Shown in pieces: positions 24,501 through 38,431 of a stretch of 64,000 nt of DNA (the stretch's first letter is position 1; each line of letters begins with the position of its first letter). The stretch spans positions 266,724,001-266,788,000 of the forward strand of contig CM075977.1 of NCBI GenBank assembly GCA_038087875.1. The letters are read 5' to 3'. Position numbers and translations under genes: made by a program. The notes beneath the pieces are model-generated. The model was not told the origin of the DNA. It searched no databases and saw nothing but the letters and a program-made list of their open reading frames with translations. Source of the DNA: Malacoraja senta. Taxonomy: Eukaryota.

Positions 24501-27500
24501 CATGCGGTTGGAGTTCCCCAAATCGGTCTCCAGCAAAGGCCAGCAACTCCTCGATGTTGGGCCGCAGTGCGGACGGAGATACAATACGGAAAAAATGGCA
24601 TCTCCGTCGAGGTAAAAGATTTTAAAAAAGTTTCCCCCAACCCCCCCACATAAAACAAACTATAGAACACTAAAAACATACATTTAACACATACTATTAA
24701 AACAACAAAGAAAGAAGGGACAAACAGATTGTTGGTGAGGCAGCCATTGCTGGCGCCACCGCCATTCAAATGTTATAATCAGTATGGGGGCATGGTTTCT
24801 ATGCTACTAGACTTTACCAACTGTTCATTGACCTGTAATAATGGATTTTTACTTGGAGAAGGTTACCTGGGGAACCACATATTTCCCTGACTTTTTGAAG
24901 TAATCTCTCTCTCTTCCTCAATTAGGAGGCCCTTTTTTAAAAATCACTTGCACCCAAAGTTTGCCTCCCCTGCTTAGCTGTGAGACTGTGGGTCTGAGGT
25001 TGCCCCTTGGTAGTCATAAGATCATAAGATCATAAGTTACAGGAGCAGAATTAGGCCATTCGGCCCATCAAGTCTACTCCGCCATTCAATCATGGCTGAT
25101 CTATCTCTCCCTCCTCATCTCATTCCCTTGCCTTCTCCCGATAACCTCAGCCAACCGTACTAATCAAATTTCTCATGGTCCATACCCAGCGACTCATTCA
25201 GAGATCCTGTTCATGAAAAGTTCTGGGTTATTAATGGGAACCCTTACTGGGAAATTAATGCAGGCTGCCTGCTCTTGTGGGAAGCCCGCAATGTTGGCAA
25301 ATCCCAGTGTCCGAGAAGTAACCTGGTCATCACAGAGACCAAAGTATGTTATATCATTTCTTCGTGAATGCTGCGCTTGACTGACCCACCTGATACTTTG
25401 GAAGCAGCAAAGAGAGAGATAATGTAGAGATTCACTGCAGTTAATTGGAAAGTTGCTGTGGCTCGGAAGTTGAGAGTCAAGGTAAGCTTGAGCTACAGAG
25501 ACAGTACAGTCAAGGCCAAAGAGCATGGATGGAGATCCGCCTGCACTATTCCACGCATTTAAATGATGACAGCCTTGGAAATCATTGGGCAAAGGGGTTA
25601 AGGGAGGATATGGTGCCTCTGGGGACTGTAGAGGCAGCCTCTTCACTGAGGGGACCGGAGGCAAAGATAAGTCCGAAGTTCCATCCTGCCCTGGATATCC
25701 AGCTAATATTATAACACTGCGTCAGCTCAAGATGCTATCAGACAATCTCAATAAGTAACCCCGTGGAGGTCAGAAGGTATTTGAGCAGTAGGTATCCAGT
25801 CTGCTCTACCGATATCGGCAGTGATTTGCAACAATCTCAACTAACTAACTTGATTTAATCAGATTAAAATCTAATTGTGAATTGTTTTGTCAAGCAGAGC
25901 AAGGTGATGAATTGTTGGTACAAGTGAAGGCAAATAAATGACAGACCTAATGTGGGAACTAGAAATGTAACGTACAGAAATACTTAATGCTGGTCATAGT
26001 CACGGGGAACATGTCAAAGGCAACTTGCTTCAGTTCTTTTGTGATTGTTGTTCATCATAATAGCGCTCAGAGTACAGTCACTTTTAAATTATTTTGCTAC
26101 TTGCACATAAACAATACAGCTTTAGGTGTAAAAGTAAACCTGGTGAGCCAAACTTCTGTAAATGTCCTTTTTAATATGTGATTGCCATTTTGAAAATGGC
26201 ATTCCATCTCTCCTAAGTGGTTTTGTGCACTCATCCAATAATGCTTGTGTTCAATGGAGTTATCAGCATTTATGACAGGTTGTGACTCTCAGTGCATTTA
26301 AATGCTTGACACATCCAAATACCACAGACTGAGGTGATTCTGTATTTGCTGCCTTTTGCTACAAGGTTTGCTGCCTGCTGGAATTGGTGGCCATACTTGG
26401 CCAGTGGCTGTCAGAATGTATTAATCTGCTATTTCTCAACACATCGTGACTATGTTGTAATCTTTGATAACTTTTTCCCTGTTCAATCTTCCACCACTTT
26501 TTGTGTTGTCTGCAAACTTACTATGTCACCTACATTCTCATCCAAATTGCTAATATAAATAGTGAACAACTGTGGGCTCAACGTTCTTCCAACTCCCACT
26601 GACTATTTGAGAGCCTTTAGTACAATCCCATCAAAATTCCATCCCTTCTTATTTCTCAGTCCCATTCATGTAGTCTCACTGAATGAACCCCACCACTGAG
26701 TACCACTGTGATGTTCTTCCAAATGATAAACATAACCCCCTCTTCTCTTACCTCCATCTCTATCTCCTGTTTATCTCTCCTTTTGCATGTGGAAAGTAGG
26801 ATATTGAATTGTCAGTCCCGTCCTTCCCTCAACCATGTTTCTGTAATTGCAATAATGTCCCCATCGCCTGTATCTATCCATGCCAGAGTTCATCTGCCTG
26901 AGCAGGCAGGCCTCTTACGTTGGAATAAATGCAGCTTAATCCATCAATCTGCCCTCACCCCCTGCCATGCTCCTGCCTATCCAGTGTACTGAACTTGTTC
27001 TCTTTAACTTCTGTATTTATCTCAGCTTTCTCATATGCCTTACTGCTGTTTTAGGTCCTAAAACCCAGCCAGACTAGTTTAAATCCTCACTAATAGAACT
27101 TGCAAATCCCCCCCACCAAGACATTGATTCTGATCTCTCTTGTACAGGTCACCTCTGTTCTAGAGGACACCCCATTTGTCTAAAATCCTGAACTCCTGCA
27201 CTAACTTCTCAGCCAAGCATTCATCAGCCTAATGATGGTAATATTGTGGGCTCTGCACAACATCACCAGGAAAAATTAATCGGCAAACATTGGTCAGGAA
27301 AAATATCAGGGAGCTTCACACCAGATTACTGCAGGGTGAATACTGTAATATATCCATAAGCAGAAAATCCATCTCTGGGGTGTCATGATATCAAAAGCAA
27401 CCCCTTTGGACATTTAGGCTGTAATCTGCTGACCGCGAAGTAATAAGCATGGCTTGTTAAGACAGCTTCCAATTCCATAGGGCGACTGTGCCTGGAATAT

Positions 27501-28199
27501 GCGTCGAAAGGATCCCACAAGGACACTGACAAATATTGGATCTTCCCCAAGGTGAACAGTCGTTATAACTATAATGCATCCCTTCCTCAAAGCATAGATG
27601 TTCTGTATTATATATAACTACCGTGCTGCTGCAGAAATCTTACATTGAGTGATAGTAGAGGTATAGCGTCAAATTCCACCAAATGCCTGAGCACTTAAAT
27701 TCAAATTGATAAATGATTTTTTGAATAATAAGCAGATAGCAGTGATGTTGATTGTTGAAGAGCCCACCTCTCTCCATAATGTTCTTTGGGGATATAAATC
27801 TGCAGTCAGTGTCTCCCTTTGATGCCAGGTTCACAAAGTTGGCTCTTCCCTTTGACATGGTTAAATAGGCCACTCAGTTCAAGGCCAGCCAAGGATTGAA
27901 TGCTGACCTAGTCAATGAAGCCCACATCCTTTGAACATTTGTTGTTTGATTCCTAATTTTGGGCAAATATTAGAACATAGTACATAAAACATAGAACAGT
28001 AAAAGATCCTTTGGCCCACAATGTGCATTATCAACTTGATGTCAAGTTAAACTAACCTCCTCTGCCTGCACATGGTCCATAGCCTTCTATTTGTTGCATA
28101 TCCATGTGCCTATCTGAAACCTCTTAAATACCAATATCATTTGTCCATCCACCATCACCCATGGCAGTGCATTCCAGGCACCCAACCACTGTGTAAACA

Positions 28200-29810
28200 A
28201 GCTTTTAGTTCTGTTTCATTTACTTTAGTTTATTAGTGTCACATGTACTGAGGTACCGTGAAAAGCTTTTTGTTGCGAGCTATCCAGTCAACGAAAAGAT
28301 TATTCATGATTGGCCTTGATGATTACAATCCAGCTGTCCACAATGTACAAATATATGATAAAGGGTATAACATTTAGTGCAAGATGAAGTCTGATAAATT
28401 CAGTTAAAGATAGTTCAAAGGTCCCCAATGAGGTGGATGGGAGGTCAAGGCCGCTCCCTAATTGGTAAGAGAATGGTTCAGTTACCTGGGAAGAAACTGT
28501 CCCTGAATCTGGAGGTATGCATTTTCACACTTCAATACCTCTTGCCTGATGGGAGAGGGGAGAAGAGGGAGTGACCAGAGTGAGACTGGTCATTGATTAT
28601 ACTAGCAACCTTGCCTTGGCAGCGTGAAGTGTAGATGGAGTCAATGGAAGGGTGGTTGGTTTGTGTGATGGTCTGGGTTACGTCCCCAACTCTCTGCAAT
28701 TTCTTGCGGTCTTGGATGGAGCTGTTCCCAAATCATGCTGTGATGCATTCTGAAAATGCTTTCTACAGCGCATCTGCATAAGTTGGCGAGGATTGTTGGG
28801 AACATGCCGAACTTCCTAAACCTTCTAAGGAAGTGGAGACGTTGGTGTGCTTTATTTGGCATTGCTTTGATGTGGCCTGTTCAGGACATACTGCTGGTGA
28901 TATTTCTTCCTAAGAACTCAAAGCTTTGACCATCTCTACTTTGCCACCATCAATGTATACATGGGTATGTGTATGGCTTTGCTTCCTGAAGTCAACCACA
29001 ATCTCCTTTGACTTGCTGATATTGAGAGGGAGGTTGTTGGCTTGGCACCAGGTTACGAGGTTGTCAATCTCCTTCCTGTAATCCGCCTCGTCATTATTTG
29101 ATATCCGGCCCACAATAGTAAATTGAGATGGATTGGTATTTGATTGCACAGTCATGAGTGTATAAGGAGTTGAGTAGAGGATTGATAATGCATCTTTGTG
29201 CGACACCAGTGTTGAAGGTTATCGTAAAGGATGATTTGTCACTTATCCTCAATGATTGTGGTCTGTTTGTTAGCAAGTTGGCCCATGCACTTCCTAAGGA
29301 CATGGCCAGGGACTCCATCTGGGCCAGTTGCTTTCCACAGGTTCACTCTCAGGAAGGCCATTGTAACTTCTACAACAGAGATCTCGGGAAAGGTACACAA
29401 GAGTCTAATTGGACGGATGTCATCGTCCTGTTGGCCTCCTGCTCAAAGCGAGCATAGAATGAATTAAGTTCATCAGGGAGAGCCGCACTATTGCCCATGA
29501 TGCTGTCTGACTTTGCTTAGTATTCAAGCCTTGCCACAGTCGGCAGGTATCTGAGTGATTATTCTAGGACTCAAGCTTAACCCGGTATTGTCCCATGGCA
29601 TTCCTGATAGCTTTGCGAAGATTGTAGTGAGGCTTCTTGTACTGCTCAGGATCATTTGACTTGTACGTAGCGGCCTTGGCCCTCATCTGGGAATGAATTT
29701 CACATTTCATCCATGATTTCTGGTTGAGGAACATTCGGATTGTCTTCTTCGTCATGCACTCCCCTACACACTTGCTGATGAAGTCAGTCAAGGCAGTGAC
29801 GTACTCATTC
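28200..29810 (-). mobile_element. Rex1/Babar-like LINE remnant with internal deletions
   Basis: YVTA.TDFI.KCV, LYTHDC, TIVGRISNNDE..YR.EI..L..WC..NNL.LN.SK.KE..VDFRK, QRLHFLRR. Confidence 0.8.
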
Positions 29811-31991
29811 AGCTTGGCTCCGCGCATCTCCTTTAAACTTTCCCCTCTCACCTTAAAGCTATGCCCTCTGGTCCTTAACATTTCTACCCTGGGAAAAAGG
29901 TTCTGATTATCTACCCCATGTATGCCTCTCATAATTTTATAAATTGTTGACAAATATTTCAGAGTTGTCATTGGATCGATATTGATTACTTTGAGTTTTT
30001 CTAAAAGAATGATGAAAACGAATTCCTTTTGAGAAATGGAAGAACTGGAGATATACTGAAGGAAATGTTCAAATGTTCAAATGGATTGATTAATCTTGGA
30101 GGGGGATAGTCGATCTTTTGGAGAGGCCATTTTTAATTACATAGTTGTGTGTTATGTTCAGTCTTATATTTGATCCTCAATTCTTTCCTTCCGGTTAATG
30201 AATCTGTATCTATTAATCTGCACTATTAATCTGGAGAAAGGGATTGAGAGGGACCTTAACAAGGGTAATTTAAATTTAATTAGTTACAAATTTATAAAAG
30301 GTTGGGAGAAAAAGTTAGTATCAGTAAGATAATCATGAAACTGTCACAAATCAGAATCTGGTTCATTGATTTTCTTTTGGGGAAGAAATCTTCTGGCCAT
30401 TATGGGACTCCAGACCTATCAATGCTGTTGACCCTATGTGGCTCTTATTAGCAGCCTCACAGGCCACGCAAACCAGGATTGATGTAGGCAAGGGCAATAA
30501 ACATCCATATCGCACAAACTTTAATGCACAATACATTTGAAAAAAATATATATTTTTCATTATTGTCCTGGAATTTAAGCATCCCAGAACTTCAGGCAGA
30601 TCCAATTTTCAAATAAGATAATCATTTTTCAATTTTAAAGAATGAGATTGTGGGATGCAAATAAAACAACATGAAGAAAGCTGCCAGAGTGTTTGGGTAG
30701 GGATTCCAATGTGTGGACTCTGGTCATTAATGATCTGTTTACAAAATGAATAGTTAGATCCAAGGCAGGAGAAGAGTGGAGTGTGTCTGATGTTTTTCAC
30801 TTCGGATCACGAGACAACAATGTGTTGATGGTTCTTTTGAATTAGTAACTGAAATGATTATTTACAACCAAAGTTTCTCAACCTCATCCCCAACGTTCTC
30901 TTTCAGCTCCAGCTTGATGCTACCAGGGGTGAGGGCTCAACATCGAACCCTCTCCTAATTTATTCTGTTTGTTATCCTCTGCGAGAGGTGGAGCACTGGA
31001 CAGTTTTTGAGGACCGCTGGCACTCATAAGTTCATAGGTTATAGGAGCAGAATTAGGCCATTCGGCCCATCAGGTTTACTTTGCCATTCAATCATGGCTG
31101 ACCTATCATTCCCTCTCAACCCCATTCTCCTGCCTTCTCCCCATAATCCCCGACAGCCATATTAATCAAGAACCTATCAATCTCCAGCCTGAAAATATCC
31201 CTTGACTTGGCCTCCACAGCGTCTGTGGTATTAAAATCAAAGTAAAAACCTTTGGCAAAAATACTATCTCAGGGCATAAGAATTGAAATCTCTGGTAGGT
31301 CGGTGTAAACTGAAATGGCCAACGACACACTTGTGCAGACATTCCCTGTTCCTCTCTGATCCTTGATCACTGTGGCTTGGCAACATCTATCCCACTATCT
31401 CTGCAGATTTCTCACAAGATTGTGCATGGGTTTGGGTGCATGGTATTCATGGGGCAAAATATAACACTGATGCAGAGGAGGAAGAGAAGCAAGGTGGTGG
31501 AACATTATACCTGTGGAGTGTAATGCTGCTGCCGATCATGACCTCGAATGGAACATTAAGGGCACAGACACACAGGATGCTCAGGATCAAGATCTTCCCT
31601 TGTGTTCTTCTATCACTCACGTTACATCTCACTCATCCCCCTTTCACCAATCCCACATTTAGTTTAGAGATACAGTGCAGAAACAGGCCCTTCAGCCCAC
31701 CGAGTCCGCACTGACCAGTGGAAAGAGAAACCAGAGACCAGGGGAAAAGAGAAAATAACCAGTTGATGAGGAGTCCTTGACAATTGTGTCTGCTTTCCCA
31801 AGGCAGCCTGTAGATGCCGTTGATGTAGGGGTACATAGAGAATAATAAGAAGTAAATTTAAAAAGAGATATTTAACAGCATTAAAAAGACCGTTACATGC
31901 CATTTTGGTCACTAGTCCTTCCATTTAATTACAAGCTTTATCGTAACTTTTGCATAAATCAGCACCGTGTTACAATTCAGAATAAATATAT

Positions 31992-32185
31992 GGAGTAACT
32001 CACTGGGACAGGCAGCATCTCTGGAGAAAAGGAAAAGGTGACGTTTCGGGCCGAAACCCTTCTTCAGACCCGTTTTGTCCCGAAATGTCATCTATTGTTT
32101 CCAGAGATGCCGCCTGACCCACAAAGTTACTCCAGCTTTTTGTGTCTATCTTCGGTGTAACAGCATCTGCAGTTCCTTCCTACAC
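31992..32185. mobile_element. Penelope-derived inverted-tail mini-element (relatives near 33615, 34303, 47862, 58627)
   Basis: Inverted pLTR-like arms with CTGAAGA..GAAACGTC; 17-bp flanking duplication. Confidence 0.7.
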
Positions 32186-32759
32186 AGAATAAATGTATGG
32201 ATGTTTTAATATGAAATGTGGTTTCTTGCGACAATAATGATTCCTATTTTATTGGTATATATCATATGTATTCAATACACGATAAGTTGAGATTTTTCAT
32301 TTTATAATCCATTGAAGACTCCCATGTCAATTCCCTCTCACGAAGAAGTTCATTAAACACATACAAAATTACAGTTCATGTATCTGTGTGCAGGCAGTGA
32401 TTGAGGATTTTCACCGAGGTTTTCGTTCATGGTAAAAATGACCTGACAGGTTATCTCAAAAGCAAGCTGTTCCTGTAATTAGGGTATCCAGTGATATTCA
32501 TTCACCTACATTTGCTCAATGGTGCTCAGTTTGGATTTATTCAGCTTTGCCCTGATGGTTTACAATATTCGTTTTGCACAGTTTCGCAGATAGTAAAGCA
32601 ATCCATGTTCACATGCACCAAGTTGTAGACTTCATTCAGGTGTGGCCTGATTGGAAGCAAGTGTCCTTCATGGCACACAAGCGATGTCCATAATCATCTT
32701 CATCACAAGAGGCTCAGCATCGTTGCTGGACTGTCAAAGGCATTATGAACACCAGACTT

Positions 32760-33040
32760 TGGACTTCACTTCAGAGATACAGAGTGGAAATAGGCCGTTT
32801 GGCCCACCGAGTCCGTGCCGACCAGCGATCCCCGTATACCAACACTATCCTACACACACAAGGGACAATTTACATTTTTGACCGAAGCTAATTAGTCTAC
32901 AAACCTGTATGTCTTTGGAGTGTGGGAGGAAAATGGAGCTCCCGGAGAAAACCCACGCAGGTCACAGGGAGAACGTAAAAACCCCGTAGTCAGGATCGAA
33001 CCCTGGTCTCTGGTGCTCTAATGTATCAACTCTTCTGCTG
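32760..33040 (-). mobile_element. tRNA-derived V-SINE (HE1-like)
   Basis: B-box GGTTCGATCC, V-domain GTTCTCCC.GTGAC..GCGTGGGTTT.CTCCGG, CR1-like tail. Confidence 0.8.
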
Positions 33041-35039
33041 TAACTTTGCCAATGAATTTGACCATTTCAAAAATGCACTTCTCTTATGCTGTATTGGCAT
33101 GAAGATAGCTATTGTCCATCACATGAAGGATATTTATTTCTTATCAGGCCATACCTTGTGAACTACCAGCAAAAAGATGGTTAAATCAAAACTGAGCACT
33201 ATTGAGCAGAATGTAGGTGAGTGCAAGTCACTGGATACACTAAATACAGGAACAGACTGTTTTTGAGATAAGGTGTCAGGTTGTTTTTACCATGAGAAAA
33301 AACCTTGAGGTGAAAATCCTGGTACACTGCCAGCACACTGATACATGAACCGTAATTTCGTCGGTGTTTAATTAAATTCCCTGTGAGAGGGAATTGACAC
33401 GGGAGTCTTCAATGTATTATAAAATGGAAAATTTTAACTTTTCATTTATTAAATAGAATAGACACAATTATTGTTACAGGAAATCACATTAAATTTTCAA
33501 AAACATCCATGCTAGATGGGAAAAGAAGTGCTTGATATTAATTTATTATTATCATGTTTCAGATACAAAAAAAAATAGTTTTGCATGCAATCCAGGTAGA
33601 TCATATTATAAAAGGACACAAAGTGCTTGAGTAACTCAACAGGTCATGCAGCATCCCCGGAGAACATGTTTTGAGCCGTGACCCTTCTTCAGACTGTCGG
33701 AAGAAGGATCTTGACCTGAAACATCACCTATTCATGTTCTCTACAGATGCTGCCTGATCCACTGAATAACTCCAGACCTTTGTGTCCTTTTGTGTATTAA
33801 CGATTATCTATAGCTCCTTGTTTCTAGCTCATACCATACATGAGTATAACAAGTAGTTCCAAAGAGAAAATAAACTGCATGCAGAATATCATGGTGCAGT
33901 GAAAGAGAAAGAGCAGATTTAAAAATCTGCAATGAGGTAGATTGGGAGATCAGGAATACATACTTAGCATATGAGCAGTACACTCAAGAGTCTGAATACA
34001 GAGGGGAAGGAGCTATTCCTGAATCTGGTGGTATATGCCTTCAACCAAAGAGAGGAAAAGAGAAAATAACCAGATGATGAGGAGTCCTTGATAATTTTGT
34101 CTGTTTTCCCAGGGCAGCCTGTAGATGCTGTTGATGTGGGGGTATCTACAGAATAATTAGATGTAAATTTAGAAAGAGACCTTTAGCAGCCTTTAAGAGA
34201 CCTTTACATGCCCTTTTGGTCACTAATCATTCCATTTCATTACAAGCTTTGTCGTAACTTTTGCATAAATCAGCACCGTGTTACCATTCAGAATAAATAT
34301 ATGGAGTAACTCACTGGGACAGGCAGCATCTCTGGAGAAAAGGAAAAGGTGACGTTTCGGGCCAAAACCCTTCTTCAGACCCGTTTCGTCCCGAAATGTC
34401 ATCTATTCCTTTTCTCCAGAGATGCCGCCTGACCCACTAAGTTACTCCAGCTTTTTGTGTCTATCTTCGGTGTAACAGCATTTGCAGTTCCTTCATACAC
34501 AGAATAAATATATGGATGTTTTAATATGAAATGTGGTTTCTTGCAACAATAATTGTTCCTATTTTATTGGTATATATCATATTTATTCAACACATGGTAA
34601 ATTGAGATTTTCCATTTGAAGACTCCCATGTCAATTCCCTATCACGAAGAATTTCATTAAACACGTACAAAATTACAGTTCATGTATCTGTGTGCAGGCA
34701 GTGGATGAGGATTTTCACCGAGGTTTTCGCTCATGGTAAAAATGACCTGACAGCTTATCTCAAAAGCAAGCTGTTCCTGTAGTTAGGGTATCCAGTGATA
34801 TTCATTCACCTACATTTGCTCAATGGTGCTCAGTTTGGATTTAGTCAGCTTTGCCCTGTTCGTTTTGCACAGTTTCTCAGATAGTAAAGCAAACCATGTT
34901 CACATGCACCAAGTTGTAGACTTCATTCAGGTGTGGCCAAATAGGAAGCAAGTGTCCTTCATGCCCCATAATCATCTTAGTCACGAGAGGCTCAGCACCG
35001 TTGCTGGACTGTCAAAGGCATAATGAACACCAGACTTTA

Positions 35040-35335
35040 GACTTCACTTCAGAGATACAGAGTGGAAATAGGCCATTTGGCCCATCGAGTCCATGCCGCT
35101 CAGTGGTCACCCCGTACACTAGCACTATCCTGCATACTGGGGACAATCTACAATTTTTACCGAAGGGAATTAACCTACAAACCTGCACATCTTTGGACTG
35201 TGTGAGGAAACCGGAGCACCCGGAGAAAACCCACACGGTCATAGGGAGAACATGCAAACTCTGTACCGACAGTACCCGTAGTCAGGATCGAAACCAGGTC
35301 TCTGGGGCTGTAAGGCAGTGCTGCCCCACATTGAA
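35040..35335 (-). mobile_element. V-SINE (HE1-like)
   Basis: Same tRNA head, V-domain and tail. Confidence 0.8.
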
Positions 35336-35989
35336 CAGGAATTCCCATACCATGACAGGGTTCCATTCTCGACAACTGTCCATAACCTGAACTGGTCGTG
35401 GGTTGGAAATGGGCGTAAGCGGTATGTGTGGGAGAGGATCACAGTTGTTGATGCAGGTGTGGGAAGAGCAGCCGCCAGCCGGCCTGACTGATTCAGTGAG
35501 TGAGTGAGTTTGCTCCACACTCTCAGCTATGCACGGCTGACCCAGCTCCTCACTGTTGTGGCTCTAGATATTGAAGGGATAATGAAGGGAGGCAAGGCAC
35601 ACTGAAACGCTCCATTCCTACCCAACAAAAGATGCCTGCAGCCCCACAGTTTCCAGCAAATCATCACCATCCACCCGCTGGTCTCCCGCACGTTCATTCA
35701 CATTAGCAGGCAATCATAACCGGGTGAAGAACAGAATTATGAATAATTTGACCTGGGGGAGGGGGTCACATTAATGTGAATCCTATTTAGAACAGATATT
35801 TAAATACTGTGGCAGTAACGGAAACAGTTTGGGAACCAGGTGACCTCTAGTGAGTGATTCCACAAAGACCTTCCAGGATTAATAATACAGAATTCACAGT
35901 GTTTTATGATATATTCAAGGATTGGAACGGAGCCATGTAGTCTTACATTTGTAGTCTTGTAGTCGAGTTGTAGTCTTACATTTCCAGAC

Positions 35990-36290
35990 ACCAGTGTTCG
36001 ATCCTGATTACAGATCCTGACTACAAGTTTGTACGTTCTCCCCGTGACCGCATGGGTTTCCCCGGGTGCTCCGGTTTTCTCCCATACTCCAAAGACATAC
36101 AGATTTGTAGGTTAATTCACTTTGGTAAAGATTGTAAATTGTCCCTAGTGTGTAGGATAGTGTGTAGGATAGTACTAGTAGGATAGTGTGTAGGATACTG
36201 TGTAGGGTAGATAGTATGGGGATCGCTGGTTGGTGCAGACTCATTGGGCCAAAGGTCCTGTTTCTGCGCTGTGTCTCTAAACACTAATCT
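35990..36290 (+). mobile_element. V-SINE (HE1-like)
   Basis: GTTCGATCCTGA, V-domain, tail. Confidence 0.8.
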
Positions 36291-37130
36291 CTAAAGAGGC
36301 TCCAGCTATATTCAGGCCAAAGCAGCTTGCTTGATTAATACCCCATTCACACATTAAATCTTAATTTCCTACATCACAAATGCACTGTGGACGAGGTGCA
36401 TTAAGTAAAAACTTGTTGCTCTACCTCACTAAGACTTCTCAGGATCATATCCTAAATCCATGACTGTTACTTCTGAGGGAAAATCCATAAAGAGCATGCA
36501 AACTCTTCCACCTGCAAAGTTCCCATCCCAAAGTCACACAGCTTCTTATAACACCCATAACACCTTTCCTTCATTGATAAGCAAAATTCCCAAAAGACCA
36601 ACAGAAAGGGCTGGAGTAACTCAATGGAGTAGGCAGGCAGCATCACTGAAGAGCATGGACAGGCAAAGCTTCAGATCGGGACCCTTCTCACGGATTGTGG
36701 TAGGAAAGTGGGAAGAGAGTTGGGAGCAGGACAAAGCCTGGCAAGGGATGAAAGGGAAGAGACACAAAAAGCTGGAATAACAATGGATCAGAGAGCAATT
36801 GAAGTATGAAGAAGAGTCTCGACCTGAAATGTCACCTATTCCTTTTCTCCAGAGATGCTGTCTGACCCGTTGAGTTACTCCAGCTTTTTGTGTCAATCTT
36901 TGGTTTAAACTGCAGTGTCTGTCTACAGTTCCTTCCCAGACAAGTGATGAAAGAGATTTGTTTGGTCAATGAGTGGAGTAAGTGACAAAGGCTAGAGATG
37001 AACATGAGACAAAAGGGTGTCAGATAGGGATAGAAGAGGAGTGGAATGTAAAGCCAGAGGGAGGGATTAAGATGGAAGGGGACAGAATGGCAGATGGGGA
37101 AAAGAGGGGCTGGTAATTGGGAGATATGTA

Positions 37131-38148
37131 GCAATGTTACAAAATGTTGAGATTTTAAAAATAAAGTCTGCGATTTATCCCATCAGATAAAGCATAAAAA
37201 GAAGTTTAATTTGACACCTAATTCACTTTCATATCTTCAGTATTAAAAAAGTTATGGCCATTTTCATACTCGGCAATTAGCATCTTGTTCCCTATTGCTT
37301 TTCCATTGACTTAACACAAAAGCTGTGATCGAGGACAGTCAAAAGCCCATAACTTTCTTAAAAATTAAGAGAACTGAAAGAAATTTTCAGTTATTATAGA
37401 TTGAAGCATTCTGAAACAAATATGAAACAATCTTACTTAGAAGACATGAAATTAAAGCATATAATTAGTTAGTTACCTAATTGTAGCTAATTACAAAATT
37501 CAATTACTAGAGCTAAACATCTATCAATTTCTTAAGAATAGATTAACATTTTTAAATAGCCTAAGTGTCCAAATAACATTCACACAGGAATTCACAATAT
37601 AACATAATTTTTAAATCTCATTGTCATGAATTTACAGGCCAAATGGAAGGAATTGAATGTTTACTACCTGTAAATTAATGGGCATTTAAATCATCTTGCG
37701 AGTGAGGATTTCTGGAACGCGATCTTCTGGAACGTTCATTTGCGGTGAATTTAACCCCGTATCGGCATGAAAAATACTGCCGTTAGTTCGGGGAATAAAA
37801 TCACCGTTTCGCATGAAAAAATGTGAATTAAAGGCTTCTTAAGAAGCACGTTTATACATTAAAAGAAACCACTCGTTTACCTGTCCCTTATGTGAAATCC
37901 GTCCCCTTCAGGAGCTGATTTTAAAATGACTCCAGGGCTGACATTGTCGATTTAATAAAAAAAATAATTCACAAAACGCCCCTAAGAACGATTTTTCAGC
38001 AAACGCTTGTACTCCAACGAAATATAATACAGGACAAGGTAGGAGAAACCCGCGTTTTAAGCCCGCCCCCCCCTTAAAGGCGCCAAAATCACGCACACGC
38101 CCAGTGGCAGAATTACAGCGCCATTGAAGGTAAGTATTGTAACATACC
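37131..38148. mobile_element. Unclassified non-autonomous DNA transposon
   Basis: TA|GCAATGTTACAA ... TTGTAACATACC|TA: imperfect 12-bp TIR; AT-rich; interrupts a Penelope tail. Confidence 0.55.
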
Positions 38149-38269
38149 TAAGATATGGGTTTGTACTAGGATGGGAAGGGGGCTGGGATGATGTACTGGC
38201 AGTGAGAGGGCGCACAGGAAAGATTCAAGAAAGCATTTGTCAAGATTAGTTATAAATGGGCAATAAAAA

Positions 38270-38431
38270 CTTCACGAGTTACCGCGTTTCACGAGGACCT
38301 GCCATTAGCGTTACGAGCCGCTACGAGACATCCACGAGCTCCTACATACCCGCTACGTACATTACACGAGCTCGAATCAGGGGAGAACTCGGGAGAACTC
38401 TTGAATTACCTCGTACAGTGGGACAGGCCCT
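38270..38431. mobile_element. Partial Harbinger-like MITE (one end)
   Basis: CTCGTACAGTGGGACAGGCCCT|TTA. Confidence 0.75.

Larger units (their letters stand above)
31743..35300 (+). repeat. Local direct duplication of ~1.25 kb (31743-32990 vs 34050-35300)
   Basis: Colinear similarity that includes the same Penelope-derived hairpin and SINE insertions. Confidence 0.9.
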
